This document shows positions 5,092 to 7,384 of a stretch of 7,384 nt of DNA, in pieces (the stretch's first letter is position 1; every line of letters starts with the position of its first letter). A model generated the notes under the pieces. The model was given only the letters and a program-made list of their open reading frames with translations. It did not search any database and was not told where the DNA came from. The stretch lies in IMG/VR virus record IMGVR_UViG_2606217102_000023, positions 1 through 7,384 of that record; one strand, given 5' to 3'. Both the position numbers and the translations under genes were made by a program. This DNA comes from a virus (lineage: Duplodnaviria; Heunggongvirae; Uroviricota; Caudoviricetes).

Positions 5092-7384
5092 ACCGCTGGC
5101 GGAGTCATCAATCCCGTCGGAAGCACTGACAGCGGTTTCTGAGGCGCTTCCGGCAGCGACCGCCGATGACGATGACAGCCAGCAGTTGCTGCTGAGCGGC
5201 ATGAGCTGCGCCAGCTGTGTCACCCGCGTACAAAATGCGCTGCAAAGCGTACCGGGCGTCACTCAGGCACGGGTAAACCTGGCGGAGCGTACTGCGCTGG
5301 TGATGGGCAGTGCCTCCCCACAAGATTTAGTGCAGGCGGTGGAAAAAGCGGGCTACGGCGCGGAAGCGATTGAAGATGACGCTAAACGCCGCGAGCGCCA
5401 GCAAGAAACCGCCGTCGCTACGATGAAGCGCTTCCGCTGGCAGGCAATTGTCGCACTGGCGGTGGGTATCCCGGTGATGGTCTGGGGGATGATCGGCGAT
5501 AACATGATGGTCACCGCTGACAACCGCAGCCTGTGGTTGGTTATCGGCCTGATAACCCTGGCAGTGATGGTTTTCGCCGGCGGCCATTTTTACCGCAGTG
5601 CATGGAAAAGCCTGCTGAACGGTGCGGCGACGATGGATACGCTGGTGGCGCTGGGTACTGGCGTGGCGTGGCTCTATTCGATGAGCGTCAACCTGTGGCC
5701 GCAGTGGTTCCCGATGGAAGCGCGACATCTTTATTACGAAGCCAGCGCGATGATTATCGGTCTGATCAATCTCGGCCATATGCTGGAAGCGCGCGCACGC
5801 CAGCGTTCTTCTAAGGCGCTGGAAAAGTTACTCGATTTAACCCCGCCGACGGCACGCCTGGTTACTGACGAAGGTGAAAAAAGCGTGCCTCTGGCAGAAG
5901 TGCAGCCAGGTATGTTGCTGCGCCTGACGACCGGCGATCGCGTGCCGGTAGATGGCGAGATTACCCAGGGCGAAGCATGGCTGGATGAAGCGATGCTGAC
6001 GGGCGAACCAATCCCGCAGCAAAAAGGCGAAGGCGATAGCGTCCATGCCGGGACAGTGGTACAGGACGGCAGTGTGCTGTTTCGTGCCAGTGCGGTTGGC
6101 AGCCATACTACGCTGTCACGAATCATTCGCATGGTGCGCCAGGCCCAGAGCAGCAAGCCAGAAATCGGTCAGCTGGCGGATAAAATCTCAGCCGTATTTG
6201 TGCCGGTAGTGGTGGTTATTGCGCTTGTCAGTGCGGCAATCTGGTATTTCTTTGGTCCGGCACCGCAGATTGTCTATACCCTGGTGATTGCCACCACGGT
6301 ACTGATTATTGCCTGTCCGTGTGCGCTGGGGCTGGCGACGCCGATGTCGATTATTTCCGGCGTCGGGCGGGCGGCTGAGTTTGGCGTGCTGGTGCGGGAC
6401 GCTGACGCGCTGCAACGCGCCAGTACACTCGACACTGTAGTGTTCGATAAAACCGGGACGCTGACTGAAGGGAAGCCGCAGGTTGTCGCAGTGAAAACAT
6501 TTGCTGATGTTGATGAAGCGCAGGCATTGCGTCTGGCGGCGGCACTGGAGCAAGGTTCCAGCCATCCGCTGGCACGAGCGATCCTCGATAAAGCAGGTGA
6601 TATGCAGCTACCGCAGGTCAACGGTTTCCGCACATTGCGCGGGCTGGGCGTGAGCGGTGAAGCTGAAGGTCATGCGTTATTGCTGGGCAATCAGGCGCTG
6701 TTAAATGAGCAACAGGTTGGTACCAAAGCTATCGAAGCGGAGATTACTGCTCAGGCATCGCAAGGGGCAACGCCTGTGCTGCTGGCGGTTGACGGGAAAG
6801 CGGTAGCCCTGCTGGCAGTACGCGATCCGTTGCGTAGTGATAGCGTGGCGGCGCTGCAACGCCTGCATAAAGCGGGATATCGTCTGGTGATGTTGACCGG
6901 GGATAACCCAACCACCGCCAATGCGATCGCCAAAGAAGCAGGGATTGATGAGGTGATCGCCGGGGTGCTGCCGGACGGTAAAGCCGAAGCGATCAAACAT
7001 CTGCAAAGTGAAGGACGTCAGGTGGCAATGGTGGGCGACGGCATTAACGACGCGCCAGCGCTGGCTCAGGCGGATGTCGGCATTGCGATGGGTGGCGGCA
7101 GTGATGTTGCCATTGAAACCGCGGCGATTACCCTGATGCGCCATAGCCTGATGGGCGTTGCGGATGCGCTCGCTATTTCCCGCGCAACGCTGCACAACAT
7201 GAAGCAGAACCTGCTCGGTGCGTTTATCTACAACAGTATCGGTATTCCGGTCGCCGCCGGTATTTTGTGGCCGTTCACTGGAACACTGCTTAACCCGGTA
7301 GTTGCCGGAGCGGCAATGGCGCTCTCGTCGATTACCGTAGTGAGTAACGCCAACCGGTTGCTGCGGTTTAAACCGAAGGAATAA
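4880..7384 (+). CDS. copA: Copper-exporting P1B-type ATPase CopA (834 aa)
   Basis: Two N-terminal metal-binding domains with GLSCGHC and GMSCASC, the transmembrane CPC motif (IACPCALG), the DKTGT phosphorylation site and the GDGINDAP hinge. Length and sequence match E. coli CopA as I recall it. Confidence 0.97.
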   Translation: MSQTIDLTLDGLSCGHCVKRVKESLEQRPDVEQADVSITEAHVTGTASAEQLIETIKQAGYDASVSHPKAKPLAESSIPSEALTAVSEALPAATADDDDSQQLLLSGMSCASCVTRVQNALQSVPGVTQARVNLAERTALVMGSASPQDLVQAVEKAGYGAEAIEDDAKRRERQQETAVATMKRFRWQAIVALAVGIPVMVWGMIGDNMMVTADNRSLWLVIGLITLAVMVFAGGHFYRSAWKSLLNGAATMDTLVALGTGVAWLYSMSVNLWPQWFPMEARHLYYEASAMIIGLINLGHMLEARARQRSSKALEKLLDLTPPTARLVTDEGEKSVPLAEVQPGMLLRLTTGDRVPVDGEITQGEAWLDEAMLTGEPIPQQKGEGDSVHAGTVVQDGSVLFRASAVGSHTTLSRIIRMVRQAQSSKPEIGQLADKISAVFVPVVVVIALVSAAIWYFFGPAPQIVYTLVIATTVLIIACPCALGLATPMSIISGVGRAAEFGVLVRDADALQRASTLDTVVFDKTGTLTEGKPQVVAVKTFADVDEAQALRLAAALEQGSSHPLARAILDKAGDMQLPQVNGFRTLRGLGVSGEAEGHALLLGNQALLNEQQVGTKAIEAEITAQASQGATPVLLAVDGKAVALLAVRDPLRSDSVAALQRLHKAGYRLVMLTGDNPTTANAIAKEAGIDEVIAGVLPDGKAEAIKHLQSEGRQVAMVGDGINDAPALAQADVGIAMGGGSDVAIETAAITLMRHSLMGVADALAISRATLHNMKQNLLGAFIYNSIGIPVAAGILWPFTGTLLNPVVAGAAMALSSITVVSNANRLLRFKPKE

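Noticed and set aside
5641-5648. Chi site GCTGGTGG inside copA
   Set aside because: A single octamer is expected by chance in E. coli coding sequence; nothing suggests special significance.

Overview
The right 2.5 kb of this window is a complete copA gene (copper-exporting P-type ATPase, 834 aa) with its CueR-controlled promoter; the protein matches Escherichia coli CopA as I recall it. The left 4.7 kb is a decayed, mosaic P2-family prophage remnant: an intact portal gene, only the 3' nuclease-domain part of the terminase large subunit, a gpU-like tail gene plus a decayed second copy of its 3' end, an Ogr/Delta-type zinc-finger gene hidden inside a longer ORF, and a beta-class DNA methyltransferase gene broken by a single in-frame TGA at a conserved Trp position. 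Between the terminase fragment and the gpU-like gene lies about 0.7 kb of AT-rich non-coding DNA with four plus-strand hairpin/T-tract terminators, one near-consensus promoter overlapped by an inverted repeat, and a convergent minus-strand promoter. I see no CRISPR array, tRNA, rRNA or IS element. All family assignments rest on motif recognition and memory, not database searches; the most speculative items are the candidate small RNA / antisense pair and the cos-like motif at the window start.
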